64,000 nucleotides of DNA from Epiperipatus broadwayi (Eukaryota > Animalia > Onychophora), in contig JAQFVV010000002.1 of assembly GCA_028023455.1 (NCBI GenBank), positions 6,324,001 through 6,388,000 on the forward strand, read 5' to 3'. The notes below the pieces were generated by a model. That model did not search any database. It was given only the letters and a program-made list of their open reading frames with translations, and was not told the origin of the DNA. Both the position numbers and the translations under genes were made by a program. Positions 38,493 through 50,330 of the stretch are shown here, piece by piece; within the stretch, counting starts at the first letter, position 1, and every line of letters starts with the position of its first letter.

Positions 38493-39076
38493 TGTCATAC
38501 CTGACCCTGCCTTCAGAAGTGGACTATTCTAGATTCCTTGCCTGATTGGCTAGCACCTAGTTGCTATCCAAAGGGATTAAAAACTTCACTGGGGTTCATT
38601 CAATGAATCCACATGTTTCCAGTAAAGTAGGGGATCTGTCATTAAACAGTCAGACTTTTGGAGGCAAGGCAGAGAGCAATTACTTCTGTTAACCTGAATG
38701 ACAGAATGTTCTCTATTAAACCCTCTGCCATCAGCAAAGGTATTTTTCTATACATCATTGTGACATCCATACAGTGAGGCAAGTCCCACTAAGAACTGGA
38801 AACTGCTATGTCTGACTCGAGGTAAGCTAACTAACTATATAGCTGAAAGAGTCTTACCAGAATTCACAAAGCAGGCTAATCATTAGCTGGAAGTGAGTTC
38901 TATACTCCGCTCGACTATCTCAGCATTCAATTGTATCAACTATATTTATTCATTGATTCAACTAACATGTGTATATTTTTTGGACTAATAAATTGTACAT
39001 ATTAATTGCTAAATAGTTATTCTTTTTGTATCTGTTGGTTTAGAAATTAATCTTCAAGCCTAACTAAAAAATAACA
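38493..39076 (+). repeat. 5' LTR (584 bp)
   Basis: TG...CA termini; matches the 3' LTR from 38632 onward. Confidence 0.93.
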
Positions 39077-39292
39077 GATTTGGCGCAGTCGCACAGAAAT
39101 TTTTCCTTCATGGCTGGAAAAATTATATACCCCAGTTATTCCAGATTTGGCACAGTTGCACAGAAATGTTTCCCTCATGGCTGGAAAAATTAGAATAAAC
39201 TACGCCAGTTTAAACAGATCTGGTGCAGTAACAGAGAAATTTTTCCCTCATGGCTGAGAAAAATTATAGTATAAAATACACCAGTTTCAACA
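39077..39292 (+). promoter_or_regulatory. PBS (39081-39091) within three tandem ~70-bp LTR-junction/PBS units
   Basis: Units start gatttggcgcagtcg, gatttggcacagttg, gatctggtgcagtaa; all share agaaat...catggctg.aaaaatta. Confidence 0.75.
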
Positions 39293-39580
39293 GATCTAAA
39301 TTGGTTTTATTATTTTTCTTTTTGGAAAAAAATTTACATTCCCATAATTTCATTATGGTGATTTTTTTTTAAAAAAAAAACTACGTAAAACTGTTGAATA
39401 ATATTGACCACAAACATATAGGCGTGTCAATTTGAAGCTTCAACCAATCATGAGAGCTTTACTTGCAAGACAGCGTAAAAGCTCACTCTATTGATTTAAA
39501 AGCTTCGTTAAGTTACTTACAATAAAGTAACCCTAAAACCAAAACAAGTACAAGTGGTTACTCAGCATACATAAATAAAG

Positions 39581-40380
39581 ATGGCTAAAGCAATCGGCTC
39601 TATGGAATGATTTGATCTGGCTCAACCTGAGAACTGGCCAAATTATAAAGAACATTTAATTTTTTATCTGCAGGCTAACCAGATAAAAAAACCTGAGATA
39701 ATGACCATAATAGGTCCGCAAATGTACAATATACTCAAGTCTCAATCTACAGCTGTAACCCCAGCTGAGCTGGATTTTAACAGAGTGTTGACAATTCTCA
39801 TAGACTATTTTTCCCTAAACCCTTGACAATAATGCAGAGATACCATTTTAATCTCAGCATACAAGAACAGGGTGAAACAGCCAAAGAATTTGAAACATAA
39901 ATTTGTATATTAGCCTTGAAGTACGATTTCAAAGACTTCATGAATGAAACACTTCGTGATCATTTTAATTGTGGTATAAATGATCACAATTTGAGACTGA
40001 AGTTAATGATTTAAGACCTAGATTTTGAGACTGCAGTAGCTCAGACAGGACTAGCAGAAACAATAGCTAGTCAAGCTAACCCATTAAAAAAACTTACAAA
40101 ATATAAAATGCAAAAAATTGAGCATAACACTGGGTTATTCAAATACACAGTAAGCTCAGAGAACTCAGCATCAAATAGCCCACAGCTTTGTTATAGATGC
40201 AATGAGCACATGCATATGCATACAGGAATGTCCATACTGCAAAGCAACATTGCAAGTGAATCGGACATATAAAGGCAGGATGTCTGAAATTAAAAAGACA
40301 AACAGCCTAAGTCTATTCCTAAAGCAAAAGCACTTATAAGAAACATATGCAAGTTGCCTGTATAAACCATATCAGAGATG
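39581..40380 (+). pseudogene. gag: Mag-type gag, interrupted
   Basis: MAKAIGSME*FDLAQPENWPNYKEHL...YNILKS...TPAELDF...LRDHF.CGINDH; CYRC knuckle remnant near 40190-40200. Confidence 0.85.
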
Positions 40381-40411
40381 AGAAGTCTGGGTTTATATAC
40401 ACTGTCATAAT

Positions 40412-40821
40412 TATAAATTTATTAAATGCACATTGATTATGTAAGTAATATTTACTGAGGCTGTAATCTTGAGCATATGCATGTAAAATGCGATAGTAGG
40501 GACCTCTACAGGTGTTTAATGACAAGCTTATGCTATGGAAGAAAAGAGGGGAACTCCTCTTTACTTCAACCTACTCTCTATTTAAATAGGTGAAGCTGAA
40601 TTGGGTAGATCTGTGGACTTAATCAGTGAAGTATTGAATAGCTTCACACTCACAGATCTAACTGCTTCAGCTTCACCTATTTAAATAGAAAGTAGGTTGA
40701 AGTAAAGAGGGGTTTCCCTCTTTTCTTCCATAGCGTAAGCTTGTCGTTAAACACCTGTAGAGGTCCCTACTATCACATTTTACATGCATATGCTTGAGGT
40801 TACAGCCTCAGTAAATATTAC
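40412..40821. mobile_element. Foldback insert: 377-bp hairpin (40445-40821) plus one-sided 33-nt tail, TSD ACACTGTCATAAT
   Basis: Arms of ~150-170 bp are near-complementary; the 13-mer lies at 40399-40411 and 40822-40834; removing the insert restores the protease-region frame. Confidence 0.88.
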
Positions 40822-40834
40822 ACACTGTCATAAT

Positions 40835-43560
40835 AAATGATACACTGTTAAGATGGTCAGCAGTGTCTATAGCTTCAAGACTTGGGCAATCATTAATAAA
40901 AATAATAAATATAAACTGCACCCTTGCAGTAGGTCAATATCAGACTATCAAGGGAATAAAATCAAATCACTGGGTCAAACAACAGGAAAAATTACTATGC
41001 CTAGCACTTAGGGTTCAAAATGACCAAAGTGAACCAGATCACAACAATATCAAAGATAAAAACTGACTTCTCAGAAGTATTTAACAAAGAGATAGGTCTG
41101 TACTTGGGGCAACCAATGCATTTACCACTAAATGGAGAGGTAAAACCTATCAGTTGTGGGTGAAGATCACTTCCACTAGCTTTGAATACCAAAGTAGAGA
41201 CAGAGCTCAATAAGTGGCAGGCAGCTAGTATAATTGAAGCCATTTCATATTCTGAATGGGCCACTCCTATAGTACCAATTATCAAAGAGAATGGCAATAT
41301 ATGGATATGTGATTATCATTGTACAATCAACAAAGCACTTGATCCAGATAATTATCCCCCACCACCTGTCAAGCAAATCCTAGCCACATTGTCATGTGGT
41401 AGGATTTTCTCCAAAATTGATGTAAAACATGCATACTTGCAACTACTTGTGGATGACCAAGATGCAAGAGCATTATCAATAATAACCCATAAGGAATTAT
41501 TCAAAATGAACTGACTACCTTTAGGTATTTCGGTCACCCTGGCAATATTCCAGAGAGTCATGGATCAACTGGCTGTAGGAATACTGGGTGCACTACCATA
41601 CTTTGATGATGTCTTACTAGTGGCCCAAACTCCTGAACAACTCTGGAGTGCCACCAAAGAACTCCTAGATAAATTCAAAGCTTCTGCCATTAAAATAAAC
41701 TCAGAAAAGTGCATATTTGAAGCCAGAGAGCTTGAGTTTCTAGGGTATAAAATAAATGTTAGTGGCATTTACCCAATTCAAAAAAAGATGATGACAATAA
41801 AGACAGCCAAAACATAGAAAATAAGAAGGAATTTCAGTCCTTTTTAGGACTAGTAAACTATTATGAAGACTTCTTATACCATAAAACAGAGGTTGCTGAA
41901 CCACTATACATGCTACTAGACAAAAAAACAGCATGGAAGTGGGACAGTAAGCATGACAAAGCATTTAAAATGCTAAAAAATCTAATATCAGATACTACAG
42001 TATTGGCACACTTCAACCCAGAAAGAGTGCTAGTGCTGACTTGTGACACATCACCTGTAGGAACAGGGGCAGTGTTGGCATGTAGAAATAATGATCGAAC
42101 ACAGCCCTATTTCTTTTGCATTAAGGTGCCTTTCTAGTGCTGAGAAAAACTGCTTAAATAGATAGAGAGGCCCTGGCTTTGATCAATGGTATCAAAAATT
42201 CTATGACTATCTATATGGTAAACCATTTATATCCCCAGCAGATCACAAACTCCTTGTGGTAATTTTTGCATCTGATAAGGGAATCCCACAGTATGCATCA
42301 CCATGAATGCTGTGGTGGTTTAATTTCCTATCAGACTATGATTTTACCCTTCAATATATTGAGGGAAAGCATATTTCTCATGTAGATGCATTAAGCCAAC
42401 TGCCTGCAGAAGTGGTAGACAGTCCAACATCATGTCAATCAATTAACATGATTGATCTAGACCCAACATTACAAATCAGTGGCAGGCTGGACTAACAATG
42501 ATCCAGGCTTCCAAATGCTATAAAAATGAGTTCAACAGGGTTGGCCCAATAAAAAAACCAGTTGAGTTACACTCAGTCTACTGGATGCATAGGTTGGATC
42601 TCTCAACAGAACACAGCTGTCTTATTTAGGAACCAGAGTTGTAATTCCCCCGGATGGAAACCAGAGTTGTAATTCCCCCAGCTGGACATTCCCAGGTGCT
42701 CAGTTTGCTGCATTATGGGCACCCAGGGATAGTCTGAATGAAGATACTGGCAAGATCATATGTGTGATGGCCTACCTTAAATTCTGACATCGAAGCCAAA
42801 GTCCATCATTGCTGGCAGTGCACAACAAATCAGAATATGCCAGAAAAAGACAAAACAGACCAGTGTCCCAAACCTGAAGGGCCCTTGTCAGTCTTCATCT
42901 GAACAATGCTGGCCCATGGAAAGGCAAACTGCTGTTAATAGTGGCGGACTCATTCTCCAAGTGGCTGAAGGTTATGGAAGTACCATCACTTCACTCCACA
43001 GCCACAATAGCAACTCTGAGAAGTTTATTTGCCACACATGGTCTTCCTATAACACTAGTGACTGACAATGGCACAGCTTTTTCATCTGGTGCATTCAAAA
43101 CCTTCTTCATTAATAACATCAAACTCATGAACAGCCTCCATTCCATCCTGAAAGTAATGATCAGGCAGAGAGATTGGTACAAGAAGCTAAAAAGCTGATA
43201 ACAAAAATGAATACAGGAAGTTGGAATACCAAAATTTCCAAGAATCTGCTAGCACAGCACTCCACTCTGAGCACAGTAACAGAAAAGACTCCTGCAGAAC
43301 TTTTATTCATCAGACCCTTAAGGACTATGCTATCAACCCTGAAACCTGATGCCAAAGTGGAACAAGAAGATAAAAAAATAAAACTTCAAATAGGGACACA
43401 AGTACTATGTCATAAGTACTATGGATTCACAAGTTGGATACCAGCAGTAGTGATGCAAATAAATGGCCTCTACACTACCATTGTGCAAACTGAAGATGGC
43501 CCTCATCATCATCACCATCACAACCAGCTAAGACTCAAACACACCTTAGAAGCTAAAAAG
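40835..43560 (+). pseudogene. pol: pol (PR remnant, RT, RNase H, integrase) with stops and frameshifts
   Basis: SEWATPIVPI, FSKIDVKHAYLQ, YFDD at 41599-41610, VLTCDTSPVGTGAVL, HYGHPGIV...CWQC, DSFSKW, LFATHGLPITLVTDNGTAF. Confidence 0.93.
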
Positions 43561-43766
43561 AGCAAAGATCAACTTGGGACAAGTACCTCAAGCAGGGAAG
43601 ATGAATGGCAAAATAAAGACAGCAGCAACAACCAGAAACAAGCTCATCAAGCAAAGATGAAGACAGAACCATCAATCAACCAGAGAAACCAACCAAGCAG
43701 ACAAAATGTCATCCAGTGCATTTCGATGACTATGTCCTCCAAGGCTAATTTTAGCCAGGGGAGGGA

Positions 43767-44219
43767 TGTCATGGATCTGCCATTAAATAGTCAACCTTTT
43801 GGAGTCAAGGCAGAGAGCAATTACTCCTGTTAACCTGAACAACAGAATGTGCTTTCCATTAAACTCTCTTCTATCAGCAAAGGTATTTCTCTATACATCG
43901 TGATGTCCATGCAGTGAGGCAAGTCCAACTACAGACTGAAAACTGCTACATCTGAATTAGAGCCAACTCGAGGCAAGCTAACTACATAGCTGGAAGTCTT
44001 ACCAGAAGTCACAAAGCAAGCTAATCATTAGCTGGAAGTGAGTTTCATATTCTGCTCAACTATCTCAGCATTCAATTGTATCAACTATATTTATTCATTT
44101 GTTCAACTAACATGTGTATATTTTTGGACTAATAAATTGTACACATTAATTGCTGAATAGTTATTCTTTTTGTATCTGTTGGTTTAGAAATAAACCTGCA
44201 AGCCTAACTAAACATAACA
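43767..44219 (+). repeat. 3' LTR (453 bp), preceded by PPT 43757-43766
   Basis: TGTCAT...ATAACA; lacks 38499-38631 of the 5' LTR. Confidence 0.93.
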
Positions 44220-44630
44220 GATAGAAATAACATTATTAAAAGTAAATATGCCTATGTATTAAGGAAGGTTTTTAATAAATATGTTTTATTAGTTCTTACT
44301 TATGGATCTGAGACTTGAACACTTAACAAAAAAGCATTAAGTTATGAAGAGATGCATGTTAAGAGTAAAAAGAAATCAAAAATAAAATTCAGGAATGAGA
44401 GAACAAACAGAACAAACAAGTGTTACTGACACCATTGAAAAATTAAAAAATTGAAGTGAAAATGAGATGTACATAATAATAGATGAATAGTTGAAATGTT
44501 AAATTGGATTCCATGAGATTGAAAATGACCTAGAAAAAAACCATGTTAAGATGATGAATCAAATTAGAAAGTGTGGTTGGGTGATGTGGATAAAAGAGAC
44601 TACAGATCAGATAAAATGGATTAAATGTGG
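44220..44630 (+). mobile_element. RTE LINE right part (resumes after the Gypsy)
   Basis: SKYAYVLRKVFNKYVLLVLTYGSET reads as a decayed version of the RTE MP-CLKRKVFNQCVLPVLTYG-ETW motif. Confidence 0.85.
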
Positions 44631-47600
44631 AGACCTTCATTCTTTAGTGGATTGAAAATGGTTGAAAAATGATAATGAATTAAATATTTTGCATGGATTG
44701 TTATTTTAATAAATAACAGAAATAAAACCTTTTTATCCCTAAAAACCATTGCCTTGGTTGTTGCCAGAAATCTATTAATTACTAATAATTGAAAATTTCC
44801 TTGAATCAAAATGTTTTCTCCATTAATCTATAATAGCTCTTTTGTTGCCATTTATTGAGGATGTAAAAGGAAGTCTCCTTTATTTCAAACCCAAGTAATT
44901 AAATAGATTTAAAACCAGAAAGCTATTTTATATAGGTGTAAAAATGTGAAAGAATAATCTTTCTTGACATTCTGCTAATATTTTAAAAGGTCACTGAATG
45001 TATATGAAGTTGCAGCAAGTTCCTTAGGTTTAGATTATGATTATTTAATTAATTTTCCCATGCATATATTTTATAATAACAATGGGTCTTTAATTAACCC
45101 AAAGTAATGATATGAAAATTCTCAACCATTAAATTTGTTAAATAATGATTTTAATATGGAATATTTTAATAAGTTATAAATGAGAATAGAAAAGAGAAAA
45201 AACTATAAGAGTGTGTAACAGTTTTTTAACTCTCTCTCTCTCTCTTTAGTAATTATAATTAATAGTTTTAATTTAAACTATGAAAATGTACTAAAAATAA
45301 CATTTTTTGTCTTTTTTTAAATTATTTAATAGATATTAATTTTGAACCATAAAAGAGAGATAAAGTTTTACTTTTAATGATACTTTTTATAAAGATTTTA
45401 ATACTTTTGGTAAATTTTATTTTTAATTAATCAGAGGTTTTTTTTTTATCTCTCTTCAATGCAAAAAATCAAATCAGTGCAATTAACTGATTATCTTGTT
45501 TTTCTTTTGCAAGAAATTTTTTTAAGTAGAAAGTAATGTCAAAAATTTTATGGTGTTAATTTAAGATCTTGACTTGTTTTTCAATGTCAATGTTTAAGGA
45601 GGAAAATATCTGAACAATTGTATTTATAAAAAATTATCTAATTGGTTGTTATATAAACTATCATGTTGGAGACAGATTGTTATTAGCTTGTGGGCAAGAT
45701 TGTTCCTGAAAAAAATAATGGGGATGTGAATAAGTCATAAGATCCAATTGTCTGGTAAGAAGAAATAGTTCCTTACCTATTTATTGAAGATAATAGTCAA
45801 GTTTTAATCTGGCTGCTGAAAAAGACAGTAGGAAAAGGAAGCTTCATTACTTAGATGTTGAAGAGAGAGCAGTCAAATCTTAATCCAGCTGATAAAAAAG
45901 AAAGAAGCAGAAGTCTTTATCAAGCTATTGCATAGAATAGCAGAAGTTTTTAATCAAGCTTTTAGCATACAGTGAGTTTAATCAGAAATGGTTTGTACAA
46001 TAAAAATCATGTGCTACATTCAGTTAAAAACTATATATCATCTTCCTCCATGTAATATGCCTTCACTGGAAAAAAATGTAAAGAAGTTATCCCCCTAAAG
46101 TAATCTGCAACCTAGCCTTCAACCAAGAGCATAAGTCTCTGTATGCGTTAGGGTCACCTGAAATTTTAGTGGAAAGAAATGGATAAAACTTGCTATTTTT
46201 AACCTGGAAATACAGTACACAGAAAAAGGACAAATTAATCATGTTCATGTGTAAAAACCTTCAAGAAAAAAACAACTGACAAAACTGAAAATAATAATTG
46301 GGTAGGACTCTACAGAAGAATCAAATCATGGTTAAAGGTATTTTTTGTGGGCATACTAAATTTTCATATATAGTAAAAATGATTTTTTTTTGTAACAATT
46401 GATGTTAATATTTTTAAATTGTGAAGAAAAAAAAACATTTTTTAAAAAAAAATCTAGTCAATTTTCTCTTCAAAATTATAAAATTGTTTTTAGAAAAAAA
46501 AATTGTTTTAATTTTTTTTAAAAAAACATGTTTTTCTCTTTTCATTCATTTTTTTACCTAAAAATTTAACAAAAGGTTAATTGAGTAAATCAAAGATAGT
46601 GTTCTTTGATTTTGAGAATGCTGTTTTTCCAATTCTTAATTATTTTAAGAAATAATTTAATTTCTAAATAGAAACCAATTGATTGGTTATAATTTTTATG
46701 CAAATATATTTTTTAATGAAATGAATGTTTAAAATTTCATATTATCAGGTCATTTTTTTGTTTATTGTTAATCAAGTAGTTATTAAATAATTGTTTTAAA
46801 AAATATTTTTAAGTTTTGATTTCTTTATTCTATCTAATTCTTGTTTTATAAATTGCAATGTATGTTACTTTATTTCATAACAGCTTAATGTTCTAGGATT
46901 TTTTTATGATCCCAATAAGACTATTTACTTATAATAGGGTAAACCTAGAAATTATTTGAAGTGATTTATAATGAGCTGCTTTATTTATGTATTTATTGCT
47001 TGCTCACAGTAATAGTTTATAGAGTTTTTACTTCCTGATATGAAGTTGAGGTTTATGTTTAGTGTTTGGACATGCAGTTGATGATGATTCTGGTTGGCAC
47101 AAAGGGGTATTCTTTAAAGTTCTTTCACTACATTTTTATTTTATTTATTATTTCTTTAGAAATTTAATTTATAGTTGGTCAGTACATTAATGGAATAAGT
47201 ACCTAGAGCATTGATGATGGTCAGGATATTTTAGTATCTCAGAAATATTTGACTTATTGTATTTTGATGGAGTAGCACTTATGAATGTGCATCCAAATCG
47301 ATATTGTTTGTATTCCTGCCCTAGGTTTGGCATTGATTAAATAATTAGCTTGATTTACAGTGGCTCATTTCAAATTCAGTCACAACATTGATTGGTGATT
47401 TTAGTGTTTATCATTCATGATAATAAATGATTATTCTTGTCTGTAATACTGGATGATCTTATTAGTTTTGTGTTGATCTCTCAGCTCCTCGTGTTCATTA
47501 TATTCATTATAATTTTATATTCAATTCTATATTTTGTTTATTTTGGAATGATGGTGGGTTGTTTTATTCAGACCTAAGGTGGTGTGCTGTTACAAATGGT

Positions 47601-49929
47601 TAATTATTTGTGGGATATTGTAACTTCATCTCCTCTCCTCTCTTATTAACCCCTATGTTTCACAGCAGTTACAATTGTCATCCAACTTGTGGGACCACTA
47701 TTTTCCATACTGTTACAGTATATTAAAATTCATGTAGATTCATATGTAAAAAGATAAAACATTACTGAAAGGAGTTTGTATAAAAACATTATATAAAAAC
47801 AATATGAACCATAAACAATATACATAAGAAATAAATTATGATAAGCTTTATGTTTTTAAAAATATTAAATAAACAAATGATATCAGTTTATCAACTGCTT
47901 TTACTTATAAAATGGATATACTTCATTCCCACAATGCACTATGCCATGTTATCTCCCAATCTTCCTGAACTTTCGCATTAACATCATGTCTATTAAGCAA
48001 ATTATTTCCTGTATTTATATAGAAAAGCCCTTTTTATCCTGTCTCTTATTTTTTTTCTTTATGCAATATTTTGATTAATAAAGTACAAATTGTCCACTGA
48101 ATTTAAATTTATAATCAGACAAATGTTTGAGGATTATTTTTCTGCATACTTTAACTCTTTTATATAGCAATATATATTCTTTAAATCTATTTTTCAATGA
48201 ACATTAAGACTCATTATGAATAATCTTACTTATTACATTAATTTTATACTTTTTATCAATGTTTATCTTTAGTATCATTAAGAAGCTATTTTTATTAGGG
48301 TGTATGTGATATATAACATTGTATTATTAAAAACAAATATCCTTTATCATTATACTTTTGCTTTTTGCATTACATAGTGTTGAAATCTATTTCTTAATTT
48401 TATTACTATTAATGTTTCTTAACTTTCTTTTAAAATTTTAATCATTTATTTAATGTATCTGACATCATATTCTACTGACATCATTTTCTGTGCAAAATGT
48501 TTAATATTTTCATTGTTATCAGTTATACATTTATATAGTTTATAATTCCTTGCTGAAAGACCTCTTAAACCATTTTTTCATGTCCAAAAAACTTTAGATT
48601 CAGGAGTACATATTCTCTCTCCTCAATAAACTTTATATACTATATAAAATCAAAATGTTCTTCAGATCTACTTGTAACTGTAGTCAAATAATTTATAGTT
48701 TTATTATTTATCTTCTTTATTATTTATTTAAGCTTTCCATTAATTTGTGATTATTTTCTACTTTAGCACATGACAATGCATCATCTACATATCTAGAATA
48801 TACTGCAATATTTATTCTTTTTACTTCATTCTTAATTTATTTTTTATATGCTGACAATATATGATTACATATACACATAAAACATTCAAGAATCATTTGC
48901 ATTTTATAAAAGTCATCTTTTTAACAAGTAACAATGTTTTAATTCACAAATTTTAAAACATCCATTGTAAACTTTCTTGCAAAAGAATTAATGTTTTTTA
49001 AATTAATTCTTGTCTACCAATTGAATTCATATAATTCGTTACATGGAGTGTATAACAGTATCACCTTCTGTATTTTTACTTGTTTAATAATATTAAAAAT
49101 TTAAATGATGAGTTAAGTGTAAATTTATCATATCCTAAAATGTCACGTGATAATTTATTTATGTATATTGCAACACTACAAAAACACATTTCAAAAATCA
49201 ATCAAATAAAGTGGATCATCCTCTTCATATAACTTTATATTTATAAACACTTTGGGACAAAATGCATTAAATGTTTATAGATCTATACAAGTAATCCTAT
49301 TAATCACTTTTCCTTGTGAGCCTTTTAATATTATTAAATATCATCTTTTGAGACTCAACATTAGCAATTATATAACAAAATCTCAAGTTCATTAGTTGCA
49401 ATGTTATTTTTTCACAGTTTTGGTTTTTAGACAGTAAATATATTTTACTGCATTTATCATATTTTGAATAAATTATTTTTCTTTTAAATTTTATCAGTTC
49501 TATTGTTCTTGCATATTCATTTAGTACTTGATTAATTATATATTCATATTTCCTATATTCTCAAATATACTTTCAATAGCACAAATTATTCCATTTCATC
49601 ATTATTGCTTTATGAAAAATAATTTAATTACGTGATAATAATTGATTTATTATTTAATGTTTTTTAAAATGTAAATCTTACTGTAGTTTAGTTATTAAAT
49701 CTTATTATACCTGTTGCTGAGTATGATAATATATTCAAATTTGCTTATGTTATATATTATACTGATTTTTCTTTTGTTATAAAAAGAATATTTCAGTTAG
49801 TTAATTAATATGAAACAAAAATAGTAAATAGAATCCATTCCAATTTTAATAAAAATTAAATTAAACGCTTGATTTAAAAACAATTATCTCAATTAGCAAT
49901 CTTGTTTTATAAAACTTAATACAGCAAAT

Positions 49930-50200
49930 ATTTTATCTAGCGCCGTGCTTGCAATTATATTTCATTCCAATATCAGCCTTTCAAGCTAATTGAGCACGCG
50001 CCTTTTGAGTGTTAAATAAATGAATACTCTCTTCTTCAATCCAAGATATAGTATTTATGCAGGAATAAAAAGAATCCTCTTATTCCTACGACTCGAATTT
50101 TTTTATATGAGCAAATCTGAAGAATTGTTAAAGAGAGCGTGAGTAGATTCTCACTTTAAATTACTATTTGCGATGTTTTTTGGCTGAATAACGTCGGTAC
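49930..50200. other. CpG-retaining island: promoter/first exon (MSKSEELLKRA|gtgagt, 50107-50138) or a decayed exon
   Basis: Cluster of CG dinucleotides (tagcgccg, cacgcgcc, acgactcg, aacgtcgg) in a CpG-poor background; strong donor after a short ATG frame; a competing interrupted minus-strand frame exists. Confidence 0.3.
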
Positions 50201-50330
50201 TTATCATTACTTGACACATATTGAAATGAATGATTTTATTATTTTTACTCAAATCTTTACATTATCATTATTTTATTTTTTATTTTTTACTTTGAAGATA
50301 TTATTTTAATGTTTTTATCTATTTAATTCA

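Larger units (their letters stand above)
38493..44219 (+). mobile_element. Ty3/Gypsy LTR retrotransposon, Mag-like, near full-length but decayed
   Basis: LTRs TGTCAT...ATAACA, PBS-like TGGCGCAGTCG, PPT AGGGGAGGGA, 5-bp TSD ggtag/gatag, gag-PR-RT-RH-IN order. Confidence 0.95.

Noticed and set aside
39077-39292. CRISPR-like array
   Set aside because: Eukaryotic context; units are whole tandem duplicates of an LTR/PBS junction with no unique spacers and no cas genes.
46950-47700. Jockey/I-type endonuclease fragment (minus)
   Set aside because: Only a PDH-like triplet and vague composition; not enough for a call.
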